DNA of 64,000 nucleotides from Phoronis australis (lineage: Eukaryota > Animalia > Phoronida): positions 395,067-459,066 of the forward strand of contig NMRA01000094.1 in NCBI GenBank assembly GCA_002633005.1, written 5' to 3'. Of the stretch, positions 50,817-62,658 are shown piece after piece. Positions within the stretch are counted from its first letter, which is position 1. Each line of letters begins with the position of its first letter. Under the pieces are notes generated by a model. That model ran no database searches. It saw only the letters and a list, made by a program, of their open reading frames with translations, and was not told the origin of the DNA. Both the position numbers and the translations under genes were made by a program.

Positions 50817-53800
50817 TAGCGGGGAAGGAATATGTGCAAATTTGCAAAAAATGGGCACTTTGTGACAAGTTTTTGCAATTTGATACGCTGTTAGGTTTTA
50901 GCAAAAGAAATTCAAAAAAACACCGCAAACAAAGTGTGCTTACCCCCTGGTGGTTATTACGCGCAAAATCCAATATGGCCGCCGCCGAAAATGGAAATTG
51001 GCATATGTTGGCTATTATTATCACTAGAACAAATTGTGATATCATCGTTTCAATATTTTGGGGGGTGAGAAGTTCATTTTTGGTGCTAGTTCTATGTTTT
51101 GGGGTCCATTCCAACGCAAAACGATACTTTCAAAGCAAATGTCATTCACAAATAACTCAAATTTATATTGGTCCTCGTATAATTTACTTTGTTTAATTAA
51201 TGGGTATATCGATGTGATTCACTGCACAAAATTCCAAAATTACCATTTTCCAAAACCAGGTTTGAACAAAATAGGACTTGTCCAGCTGACTGTGACAATA
51301 CTTCTAGACTGAGACTATAGAAACATATATATTTTATTAGCAACTGACTGAACAGAATTGTCTACCAAATACTGGTGGCTGCTTGTTTGTATCATGTATG
51401 CATACTAACTTATAAAACAACTAGATATTGAGAAAGATGAAATGTCAGGTATAAGAGTTGTTGCTGGTGCAGGCACCTTCACATTTGACCACTGTGGTAC
51501 ACCGGCCAAGTCCAGCTCGGTGGCACTTACAATTGCCTTTGCAGGCAACAACACAGCTACAAGTAGCGAACACAACTGGCTTACATCTTCCAGATCTGAC
51601 CAATATGGCACTCATTTTGTGGCTCTAGTATTCCATTTCCAACCCCATAGACATGGTTTGGTATCTGGGGTTTTATTGGCAAGAGACTGTTTCCAAACAA
51701 AAGCTGCAGTGAGCAGGGAACGCTTACCATGTTGGAATGAAGCATGCTGTGTTGGTGGTAGTGATTCAGGAGTCTTGAGTCCATGGGTGAACAGAAGCTT
51801 TCATGCGTCATTCACAGGGTGTGTCCCTCAGTTTTTACTGTATTTTAGTACTATTCAGCGTTCAAGGTGTCGTAAAAGAATTGAGTCAAGTGTGAGGGTA
51901 GTTGGGTCATAAGTGATGGCAATAAAAGTAATTGTGACCTCGGGGAAAGCAGCCCAAGCATTCCATGGTTTTTCAATCCTGAACATTGCTGAGACGACAT
52001 CACAACCTGTCAGTACATGGAAGAGTGGGATGACTTCACATTTCTGCGGCCCAAGATTTTGAGAGATTTGGTGGACAGAAATATCCATATAGTTTTCCAG
52101 ATGCAAATCCAATCCACAACTCTTAGAGGCCTTGCTTGTGAAAGAAGCTGACTGCTAGAACCACCGCGACACTGACAACTGTCCTAAGGTAAGCCTTGGT
52201 GTCATCCTGAACAGCTGCATGTTGCAAATACATCATCATCCTCGTGTCAGCTACTGTCTACAGCCATGGAAACAACGGTGATACGTCTGTTGGTTTGCTG
52301 CTGAATATTAGGTCGGCATTTGTGGTAAGAAGTTGGTACTGTGAATCGGCTGTGCTGCCCAGAAGGTCGTCGAAGTCGAACTGGAAGAGCTCGTCCTTGT
52401 TTTAACAATTTTGAGGAATGTCTGCCACTGAGTTCCCCTGGGCATTGGTATCTTAGCCGAAACCCGTGTTTGTCGCCATTCAGTCTCACCACGCTTCACA
52501 TGAGTCTATAACTTCAGACTATCCTCTCCGTATGTGTCCCAGACTGCATCCAGTCTTCTTGTGCCCTCTGCCATCTGGCTTTGCACTTATGGCACCAATT
52601 GCATCTGTTGTGTATACTTCCCAAACACTTTTGCACGCTGGGGTTATATAAGAAGTATTGTGGCGGCCACATCGAGAACCACAGAAGCTCCTTTGACTGC
52701 TTGAGATCGGCCAGGAACGGGCATGCCAGGCAGACATGAAAGAATATCAGATATGGTTCCTGACAGAAGTTTACCTCTACCGCATAAAGATGGGGTTCAC
52801 GCTGATTTTCGTGCTAGAAAACTCTACGATCTCTATTCCAGGACGTGCTTGGAGTGACATAAACATCTTAGTGATGATAGCCGTGTTCGCTTTGGCAGAT
52901 CCCAGCTTGTCAATATTCTTTTTCAAATCAGTGGGTGGTCTGTTGGCGAAAGTAAACAAGTTGGTCCTTGGGTTTATTTCAGACAATAGTTTGGTAACAA
53001 TTTCTGTGAATTTGGTTTGACCAATGTTCGGATGTTCCCTAAGGCAATTGATGATCTCAGGATCTATGATCTCACCAGTGTCCAAGGTAATAAGATCTGA
53101 GCAAGTCTCCTTGAACGGATTGACAACTCGACCCTCCTTCACAAGGTCGCAGAGAGCTTTGAGGTCCTTCAGAAACTTTGTTTGTTCAGCAATAGACGAC
53201 TCAGGATGCTTCAGATTGTCATTGTTTCTTGATGCTGAGAAGCATGCATCCTCAAACTCATCAATTAACCTCAACACTTCTGACCTTAAGAGCTCAATCA
53301 TTACTTGTCTTCTTGTAGAGTCCCTTTGCACCACTGTCCTCCTTCAAGAATTTCATACTGTGCTCTTGGCTCAGGTCAAAGAAAACTTCCAGTCACTACA
53401 TTGAACAACAAAATTCCCTTCCATGAAATCTTCGTCCACTGAAGGGTGGGTCTGTGGAAGTTGTACCATGGCTCTCAAGAAAAAAGGCATCCAGCGTAAT
53501 TCGTATGTCCAAATGCAAAAAAACCATGGACACAATTCTTCACATGGGCTTTTAAAGTCAATGGCCAATTGCCCAGTCTCTGACCTCGAATGAAGCGACA
53601 GTTAATTAGCAGGTAGTCTCTTACAATTTTCCAGTAACAAACTGTTGGAGCATTGCAGACTCGTTTTTCCCACATATCAAAGCTTTCGTGAGGTCCAAAC
53701 TTTTCATGACAGTACTCATCATCATATGCATGTTTCTTTAACTCATTAAGCCAGAGTGAGTTGGTATGCACATCTGGTACGCTTGACATGCTTTCCACCC

Positions 53801-54423
53801 AGAGGAGATGGTGCAGCACCAGGAGTGAAGACATTGTCTAGGGAGAACATGTGGTCCCATCCAGATCCGTCCAACAGTTTACCTCCACTCTCTTGAAATG
53901 CCATTTCGATGTGGAGCATGCCCATGAAGCATAGGTCTACCATTTTTGATTCACCGACCTCAGCAGGGTACCGCCATTGCATTTTTTCTTCTGAGCATTA
54001 TATGCAGCCTGATTCAAACCAACAAAAATAATATAACCAATAGATGCAAGAGTGGAGCTGCGCGGGAACAAGCGTTTGACATTTTCTATCCGGACACAAT
54101 GCGCGGGGCCAACCGTTTGGTATTTTAAGTTCATAGAAAGTGTAAAAAGATTTTAATGGCCTCAAAGCATAAAACTAACATCAGAAATAAACTCCCGCAC
54201 CCAAAAACATGGATTTACAACATGATCTGGTGATGATAATAGCCGAGATATGCCAATTTCCATTTTCGGCGGCGGCCATGTTGGATTTTGTGCGTAGCGG
54301 CCACTAGGGGGTTAGCACAGTTTGTTTGCGGTGCTTTTTAGAAATGTTTTACCTATTCCTAACATTGTACCAATTTGCAGACGTTTGTCAAGTGCGCGAT
54401 TTTCATGAATTCCCTCTCCGCTA
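50817..54423 (-). mobile_element. Academ (AcademX, XPG-type) DNA transposon, decayed and internally deleted
   Basis: TAT|TAGCGGGGAAGGAAT...ATTCCCTCTCCGCTA|TAT, i.e. TAG..CTA termini and a 3-bp TSD; roughly 250-300-bp imperfect TIRs. Confidence 0.82.
51420..54000 (-). pseudogene. Frameshifted Academ transposase/XPG-nuclease/Cys-rich protein remnant
   Basis: Ordered fragments MGMLHIEMA, FFAFGHTNYA, GNFVVQ, ADTRM, FHVLTGCDVVSAM (FEN1/XPG H3TH-like) and a C-terminal Cys cluster; many stops and frameshifts. Confidence 0.8.
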
Positions 54424-55785
54424 TATTGCAAAATTTGTCCCAAAGATACATAAGGTTCATGAATCCGAACTTTCAAGTTTCGGAGTTACGAACTCTTTAC
54501 TTTCGGACTGGTGGACCTGCGGCCAATTGCCTGGACCACCCAAGACGTGAATGTATTTCCTGTTTTAGGTCCAAATTCTTCAGAAATTATGCAAGGGAAC
54601 AAGTAATACACGTAGGGTGTTCGAAGTTATTGATAATTAAATCTGAATCGCGTCGGGACATTTTATCCTGCAGTGAAAGAATTACGTTTGAATGAAATGT
54701 TCGTCAAAAAACGACCACCGGAATGCGACTGATTTGTACAGTACAGCACCATAGCTTTACAATTGTTTAGGACCCCTTTTCGGTGGAACACGTGTACAGA
54801 TTGCTTCAAGAAAACACATACCATCTGTACGTGATTCTATAAATTTAGTCAGGTTCCGATTTTCAAAAAGGCCTCAGAAAATGATGTCGAGGTCATTTGG
54901 AGTTAATGCTGATCTGACGATTTATTTTAACTAATTTTGGGATGCTGAATCAAAAAATTGTATGCCAGACTGAAATTGGCAAGTCCCAATAAATGCGTTT
55001 TAAAATGAGCATGAAACCATAGGTTTTCAGGCACAATAAAATCAATTTTGATACTATTTTATGATTAGAGGTCAAGGGCACGCAAAAAGGTCAAGGTCAC
55101 ATTATGCCGCACATGTTTCACTTGAAATACAGTGAGTTCAAATATTTTAGGGCATCTTTACACAGAAATTCAGAATAGTTTTGGAGTGTTTCAGGCATAA
55201 CATTGAATGGCAATATGAATTTTCTTAAGTCATCGATAAATCTAAGATGGCTGCCAGCCACCATCATGAAATTGTAATGCCAATGGACGTATTCTTAGCT
55301 CTCGAGCAATATGTCAATGTATTAGGTTCTCATGCACTGGAAGCTCATTTTAAGCACTAATTTTGAGACTGGATGTCAAGATTATGCTCAAATGTTGAAC
55401 TTTGCAAATGTGCGATGACTTGACCACACGAAAATGTCAGTTTCTATGGGTTACCATCAAACCAGCCACTTCTATTTCAATTTCATTTTTATTACAGCTA
55501 CACGAACATCGTTTGATACACTAACACGTTTCTTATAAATAAAGATTATAGCAAGTCAAACGGAATATTTCCCGTAAAAAGTTTTCTTAGAACAGTAAAG
55601 AATAAGGAAAGCGTAGCAAATGTGGTTCCTCATGGAGCAATATTGCTTTCTGAGTGAAAGTGCCATAGTCGAACTCTTCTGATTCATTACCATTATTATG
55701 AGATATGCATACAGAGTAACGGCATTTCACAAAAGGCAACAACAAAAGCCTCGAGTGTTACAGTAACCAACAGCTCAATCATTTC

Positions 55786-56564
55786 TCAATCAGTGGCATT
55801 CCGGCAATGTGTCTGAGAGTCCATACATTTGCACGCATCAGTGCCCCGGAGTCCAACTTGTCGACAACCACAGCGTACGCTGGGACAGCGCATGTTATTT
55901 TTATGCAGGAATCTGGAATTGGTGTTAACGTCATCAACAAAGGTATTGTATGCTCGCCTACAAATATCCAACCAGAATGAGCGACGTCTGCAATTCCTGT
56001 ATGCCTGTCTCAAACAGCTGCCTGGTAGTTAGCTCGTTGTATGTACCACTGAACAGCGTCAGAGGACGGCCGCAAAGACTCATGGGAGACACCTTTGCCA
56101 AATAAGGCCACACGAACTTTATCGCTGACAGATTGATTGCACAAACCATAAATATGGCACACAAACTCTTCTGTTTGAGATTCCGCCTGTGGTGTAAGGA
56201 CTTTCCTCCCGATGTCTTCTAAGCTGGGAAACTTGTGTCACAGCCTGTTATTGCACGAAATGCTGGTAGACTTGCAACCATGGAACTGGTCAATCTCATG
56301 AACTGGTATGCACGCTGGTTTCTTCGTAGTGCCTAATTTCATCCAAAGCTGAGAACATTTCATTTTCTCAGAGTGGTGCACCAGGAGAACAAGTACGTCT
56401 GTGTCACGCGAGGAAACGACCTTGGTGTCAACTTCTACATTTACGCAGTGTGAGACAATGTGTGTGTCAGCTTCCTCATGGTTTGCCTGTAATGCCGAAA
56501 TGTCGAATTGTGGATCAGATGACAACACTTTCCTTTTGTTGTAACATTCCACACTTACATTCAT
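55786..56564 (-). pseudogene. Academ XPG/Cys-rich C-terminal remnant, left arm
   Basis: ANHEEADTHIVSHC...SRDTDVLVLL...IPVHEI and CGCRQVGLRGTDACKC. Confidence 0.78.
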
Positions 56565-56629
56565 TCTTTTTCCAGAAGGACACTATAGCACTAGCTGTTG
56601 AGACAAGACTTCTTGAAGGTCTTGTTTGT

Positions 56630-57615
56630 TTTCTGCTACTGCCTGTTTCTTCCACTGATGGAAGTTTGCATCAGGAAAGCAAATCAGCACTAGTTGAATT
56701 GCTCGTAGATAGCACTGACACGCCGTCCATGATATATCTGAGAGGAGCAGCGGCACTAGTCATCGCTGGACAAGCCGTGACTCTTGGAGACTATGCAAAG
56801 TCATTTATGAAGACCATTCTGGCTATAGGAGACGGTTTCGAACGAATAGATATAACATTTGATCTATATCGGCAACACTCAATTAAAGAAGAAGCATGTA
56901 AAAAGAGAAGCAAGGGTATTTATTGGATCAGATGTCAAGTGAATGACTTGTCTGTATCGCTTCCAGAAAACTGGTAGAGTTTCATCGAGATGGCAGAAAA
57001 CAAACATACCAGTTCACAAGATTTACAACAAAATGTCAAGTTCCATGGTTGCAAACCTACCAACGTTTCATGGAATAACAGATTGTGACACAATTTCCCA
57101 GCTTCACGGACACGGAAAAAAGACCACCTGGAAAGTGTTTACGGAACACCATGCTCCCTTAGAAGACCTCGGGAAGAAAAGCCTCACAACACAGGTGGCA
57201 TCTGAAGCTGAAGAGTTTATGGTGTGCGCAATCAAGCTGTTTGGGATGAAGCTCATGTGGCCTTATTTTGCAAAGGTGTCTCCCATGAGTCTTGGCGGCG
57301 GTAGTCTGAGCTGTCTAGGGACACATACAACGAGCTAAATATCAAGTAGCTGTTTGGAGACAGGCAGACAAGAGCACTCAAGAACTCCCAGACATCGCTC
57401 ATTCTGGTTGGATATTTGTAGGCGAGCACACACTACCATTGTTGATGACGCTACCACCAATTTCAGAATCCTGCATAAAACTAACAACATGTAGATGCAC
57501 CAAGGGCTGTTCCAGCGTGCCCTGTGGTTGTCGACAAGTTGGACTCTGATGCACTGATGCGTACTGGTGCAAGTGTATGGACTCTCAGACACATTGCCAG
57601 AATACCGGTGTTTGA
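56630..57615 (+). pseudogene. Academ XPG/Cys-rich C-terminal remnant, right arm
   Basis: DGSLHQESKSAL, RIDITFDLYRQHSIK, LPENW, FHGITDCDTISQLHGHGKKTTWK, terminal CGCRQVGL*CTD. Confidence 0.78.
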
Positions 57616-58997
57616 GAATCAATTGAGTTGTTAGTTACTATAAGACTTGAAGGTTTTGTTGTTACCTTTTGTGAAATGCCATTACACTGTCAGCTAATCT
57701 CATAATAATGGTAACGAATCAAGAAGAGTTCGATTCTGGCACTATCACCCAAAAAGCAAGATCGCTCCATGAGGAACCACAATTGTCACGCTTTCTTTTA
57801 TAATTTAATTTTCTAAGAAAACTTGCTAACGAAAATATTCTGTCTGACTTGCTATAATCTTTGTGGCAAATAATGTTCGTGTAGCTGTAATAAAAATGAA
57901 ATTGAAATATAGAAGTGTCTTGTTTGCTGGTAACCCATTGAAACTGACATTTTCGTGTGTTCAAGTCATCGCACATTTGCAAAATTCAACATTTGAGCAT
58001 AATCTTGACATCCAATCACGAAAATGGTGAGATATTGCTCGAGAGCTAAGAATACTTCCTTAGGCATTACAATTCCACGCTGGCAGCTGGCAGCCATCTT
58101 GGATTTATTGATGACGTAGGAAAAGCTCATTTTGCCATACATTTTGCCTGAAACACTCCAACACTATTCTGAATTTATGAATAAAGATGTCTTGAAATAT
58201 TTGAGCATACTGTATTACCACTGGAACATGTGCGACATAATGTGACCTTGATCTTGACCTTTTCGCGTGACCTTGACTTTCAATCACAAAAACAGTATCA
58301 GAATCATACCTGAAAACCTATAGTTCGATGTAACATACTCATTTAAAAGGTATTTATTGGGACTTGCCAATTTCAACATGGCTGATGGCGGCCATCTTGG
58401 ATTTGAGGGTTATGCCGGCAAAATCCAGTCCGACAATTTTTTAGATTCAGCATCCCAAAATTAGTTAATAAAAATCAATCATCAGATCTGCATTACCCCC
58501 AAATTCCCTCGACAGTCATTTTTTGCCAATTTGGAACCTGACTATTGTGTTTATTCTTAAATTTGTGAAATGATGAGAAAAAACAAAAATTACAATTAAT
58601 TGTTGAAAAGTATATAATATATGCAAAAGAAAGCAAAATGCAGACTTCAAATATCTTTAATTCACACATTGTGCTTTAAAATTCGCGAACACGATATCAA
58701 GGAGGCTAAACAAAAACATAGGTTACTCGCCATTAGAGATAACGTTACCAAATTTTGTCATGAAAAGACGATGTAAAGGAAAAGTGTATTTACTATACCA
58801 ACAACATGGCATTTTTAATTTTCCTACATGCAGATGGCGAAGAAAGGAATTGCATCTTAACTAAACTATTAAATTTATACTACTGAATGTGTACAGGCTA
58901 CACCATATCTTAGAAGTCCATTGCAATGATGAAATATTCGAAAATGGCGCTACCACACAATGAAATTACACCTTAAAAAACATCATGCACGGACAGC

Positions 58998-59146
58998 GTT
59001 TACTGTTCATGTTAACAGGCCAGTTCATGTATGTGTTTACTGTTCATGTTAACAGGCCAGTTCATGTATGTGTTTAATGTTCATGTTAACAGGCCAGTTC
59101 ATGTATGTGCTTACTGTTCATGTTAACAGGCCAGTTCATGTATATG
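58998..59146. repeat. 37-bp tandem repeat, 4 copies
   Basis: Unit GTTTACTGTTCATGTTAACAGGCCAGTTCATGTATGT. Confidence 0.93.
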
Positions 59147-59803
59147 TCTCCAATGTATTTCTATTTTTGTTGTAGTGTGTTATTGTCACTGATTTTTTAA
59201 ACATTTTACATTGTCTACCATTTCCCAATCAATGCTAAAAATAGCTAAGAGGTCGAACAATATATTAAGAACATTCCAACAACAACACCAACAACAACGA
59301 CAGTACTATAGGACTTTTCAAAAAAATGTCTCCACTATCACCAGTGTCGCTGACGCAACTGTTTCATAACGCTTCAAAATCAGCCCCATTTCCTACCATC
59401 CACATTAGATTTACATGATGACAGCAATCACATTTCAACCAACTGCAAACGTCAACGCATGATGGTTACGGATGCAAAAATCACAGGGTGCAGAGATATT
59501 GCGTTTAGGACGAAAAGGCTAACGTGGCCGCCAAGAACATAATTTAAACCTAGCATTAGACAGCACCTTAGACAGGATCCGGTTACACATTATATAGTGT
59601 TTTTTATAACAAGCACCTTCCTCGAAACTCAACTAAATCTTTAGGTTAGTAAGACATACAGCGGTTGAGAGAGGAGTCATCCTATTACTCAAACAAGGAA
59701 CACATGTTTAATAGCCATCTTATTACGAATTGTGTATTCTAAGTGTATATGCAAAGGCTAGTCCTACACAGGAAAATATGAACAGACTCAGCATATGTAC
59801 ACA

Positions 59804-60141
59804 CATTGGTGGCGCTCCATAGGGGTCTGAACTAAGTTGGGCTATAGCCCCCACACTGATTTCAGTGCTGCGGGTGGCGCTCCATAGGGGTCTGAACTAA
59901 GTTGTGCTATAGCCCCCCACAAAGATTTCAGTGCTGCGGGTGGCGCTCCATAGGGGTCTGAACTAAGTTGGGCTATAGCCCCCACACTGATTTCAGTGCT
60001 GCGGGTGGCGCTCCATAGGGGTCTGAACTGAGTTGGGCTATAGCCCCCACACTGATTTCAGTGCTGCGGGTGGCGCTCCATAGGGGTCTGAACTAAGTTG
60101 GGCTATAGCCCCCACACTGATTTCAGTGCTGCGCCGCCCAT
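59804..60141. repeat. 65-bp tandem repeat, 5 copies, derived from MITE termini
   Basis: Unit GGTGGCGCTCCATAGGGGTCTGAACTAAGTTGGGCTATAGCCCCCACACTGATTTCAGTGCTGCG; flanked by CACACATTGG on both sides. Confidence 0.9.
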
Positions 60142-61779
60142 CACACATTGGCTACACCATCATAATGAACAAGTGAAAGTACTATTATATCTTAGAAGTC
60201 CGTTGAATCTGAGCATGTTTGGTACATTCACTGAGTACAACAAACACCATTTGACTACTCAACTATTGAGAATTTTTTACATGTGTGAATAGAATACATT
60301 CAGGTGAATCTAATCTATGTCAAAAAACGAACCTTTTTCCATTAAGTGCATGGAAAATAACCCATATACAGGTAATGTTATGTAATGATTTGACATCTAA
60401 TTCCCGGATATTGTCAATAAAAAACAGCAAAAGTGATTTTCACCCATTTATTTATTAGTATGTATGGCTTCGCTTTTCAGAATACCAACAAATACAAATC
60501 ATAAAATGCGAACACTACAATGGAATTAAACCCGCACAATCCATTTTTGAAATCGGATTTTACATGTTCTGTTGCTTATTACATTATGAATTACATTTCC
60601 ACGACTGTACATACGAGTAAATTTAAAACAACCTTTGCAACCTTATGCTCAGGTTTTCTCTTGCTCCTTTTCTTTCGTTGAAAACATTCGTTCTCACTCT
60701 CTTATATTGCTCTTTCACATTCAGGTTCTGAATAAATTTCAACTCGTGGGTTTCGATGAATCTCATGCTGTCATGTTTGCCTGCAAAATAAATCAGGTTA
60801 AAAAAGGTGATAAATGATCTGAAAAAACTTACATTTCATTCTGCTTATTGGCTTAACAAAATACTTTCTAAATCATGATAGCAATTACTGTAGTTTGAAC
60901 TTTCTACCTTATAAAAACGTTAATCTAATGGCCCACTTTATTTACGATCTTTAAAATAGGCCTAGTGTAAAAACAGTTGCCTAGCTCACTTAAGCCTGTA
61001 TTTGAATGCCAATATAAAGGCGCGTTATACAATGAAACCAAACTCGAATGTCGCCAGTAGCAAGAAGAAAAGTTATCATTATTCAGGCCTACAGATCACT
61101 TATTATAATCACTAGAGAAATTGATTTTATTTATGTAATATTGTATGAAATATTTAAATTGATTTTATTTATGTAATATTGTATGAAACATTTGAGAATA
61201 GCGATTTAATATTTAAAATTGCACACTTACGATTATGGAAACATTAGTTTACCGTTAGAACAATAATGAAAGAATCTCCCAACCAACTCCGATAAAGCAT
61301 GCCATAGGCACTTGTCACGGACGCATCGGCTTCCTGGGTCAGCTGACATCTACATTGCTTCCTCATTTTAGAACTTTCGAATATTATCGTTAAAGCTTAT
61401 ATAGACAGTGTTGTGAAAAAGATGGGATTAGCTAATAAGGAATATGACTTCGTGAGGTTTGCCGGTTCGAGATTTAGAAACTCCTACTCTTCTTAACTGC
61501 ACAACATTATTTAATCTTAAATAAAATGGCTTTATTAAGTATTTGTTAATATTTCATTTATAAATGATCTAGAGACACGGCAAACCCTAGTTATACAGAA
61601 GTTAAGTACTACCTAGTGTAATTACTGCATGCTAACAAGATTTCAACCCCATGAAACTGTTTTTTAAGAAACCCATATTACTTATAGGCAGCAACCATGA
61701 ATTTATAAGTTAGATAGCGTGTGCGTGCGTATGTGCGCGCGTGTGTATGCATGGTGTTTTATTTTAAGCACACATTTTC

Positions 61780-62483
61780 GGATTGTTCTACAACTCCCAC
61801 TACCCCCACGACCGCTTCGACCCACGAGCTGTGGCAATAGGGGTATTTGTGCGCTGTTTACAAATTTCATAATCTTATTACGTCGCTGTATGGCTTTCGC
61901 ATAAGATATACCTACACGGGAGTCTGCTCTCGATCAAATCTGGTGATTAAAAACAGAAAGTACCGTGAGAACGTGGTCTTGAATAGCGGATTGTGAGCGC
62001 GCTATCGTTGTCACGGAAACAGTTCCACGAGCGGCTACCAATGGCCCAGTTTTACTAAACTTAGGGAGACTGTACGTTAATTTCATATTGTTATTGTTTG
62101 CTTTATGTTGTACACTCGTTTACAATATACTCCATATAACGTTGAAATATACTTTTTAGTTCACAGTTTGTTTTTTCAAACTGTATTTATTGATGAAATT
62201 GCAATTTTGTCGGTTCCTCCACTCTCCGCAAAAAAGGTTGAATCTGTCATTCACTGAAGAGCAGACGGGACGATTACACTCTGCCGGAAACGACATTTGT
62301 AATTCCAAAAAACAGGGAAAACCAGCTGAGCTCACGGCCCAACTCATTGGTCCTGATGTTCTATGTTCAGATCGAGTAGAGTTTGTATAGAATGGGTCGA
62401 GGGGGTTGTGGGTCGAGGGAATCATGGGTCGTGGGTCGAGGGGGTCGTGGGATGTTGGGTCGAGGGGATTTTAGAAAAATCCC
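61780..62483. mobile_element. Probable MITE with subterminal CGACCCACG repeats
   Basis: GGATTGTTCTACAACTCCC...CGACCCACGA versus multiple GTGGGTCGAGGGG and GGGGATTTTAGAAAAATCCC. Confidence 0.55.
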
Positions 62484-62658
62484 ACGATTAAATGTTATTC
62501 ACTAAAATGATTTCTAAAAATAAGAAGTGATGTTCCGTACAAGAGAGAGGGAATGACACGTCCCGGACGGTCGTTTTGATCGGTTCTCAAACTTGACCCC
62601 ACCTATTGAAAACCTCTGGCTACACCAGTGGTTGTATCCGTTCACCTATGGCCAGTAG

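Larger units (their letters stand above)
54846..58544. mobile_element. Foldback Academ derivative: two 3' halves of a second AcademX family, head-to-head
   Basis: Termini TAGTCAGGTTCC...GGAACCTGACTA. About 54846-56310 is an imperfect inverted copy of about 57005-58544. No exact TSD (ATT vs TTG). Confidence 0.78.
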
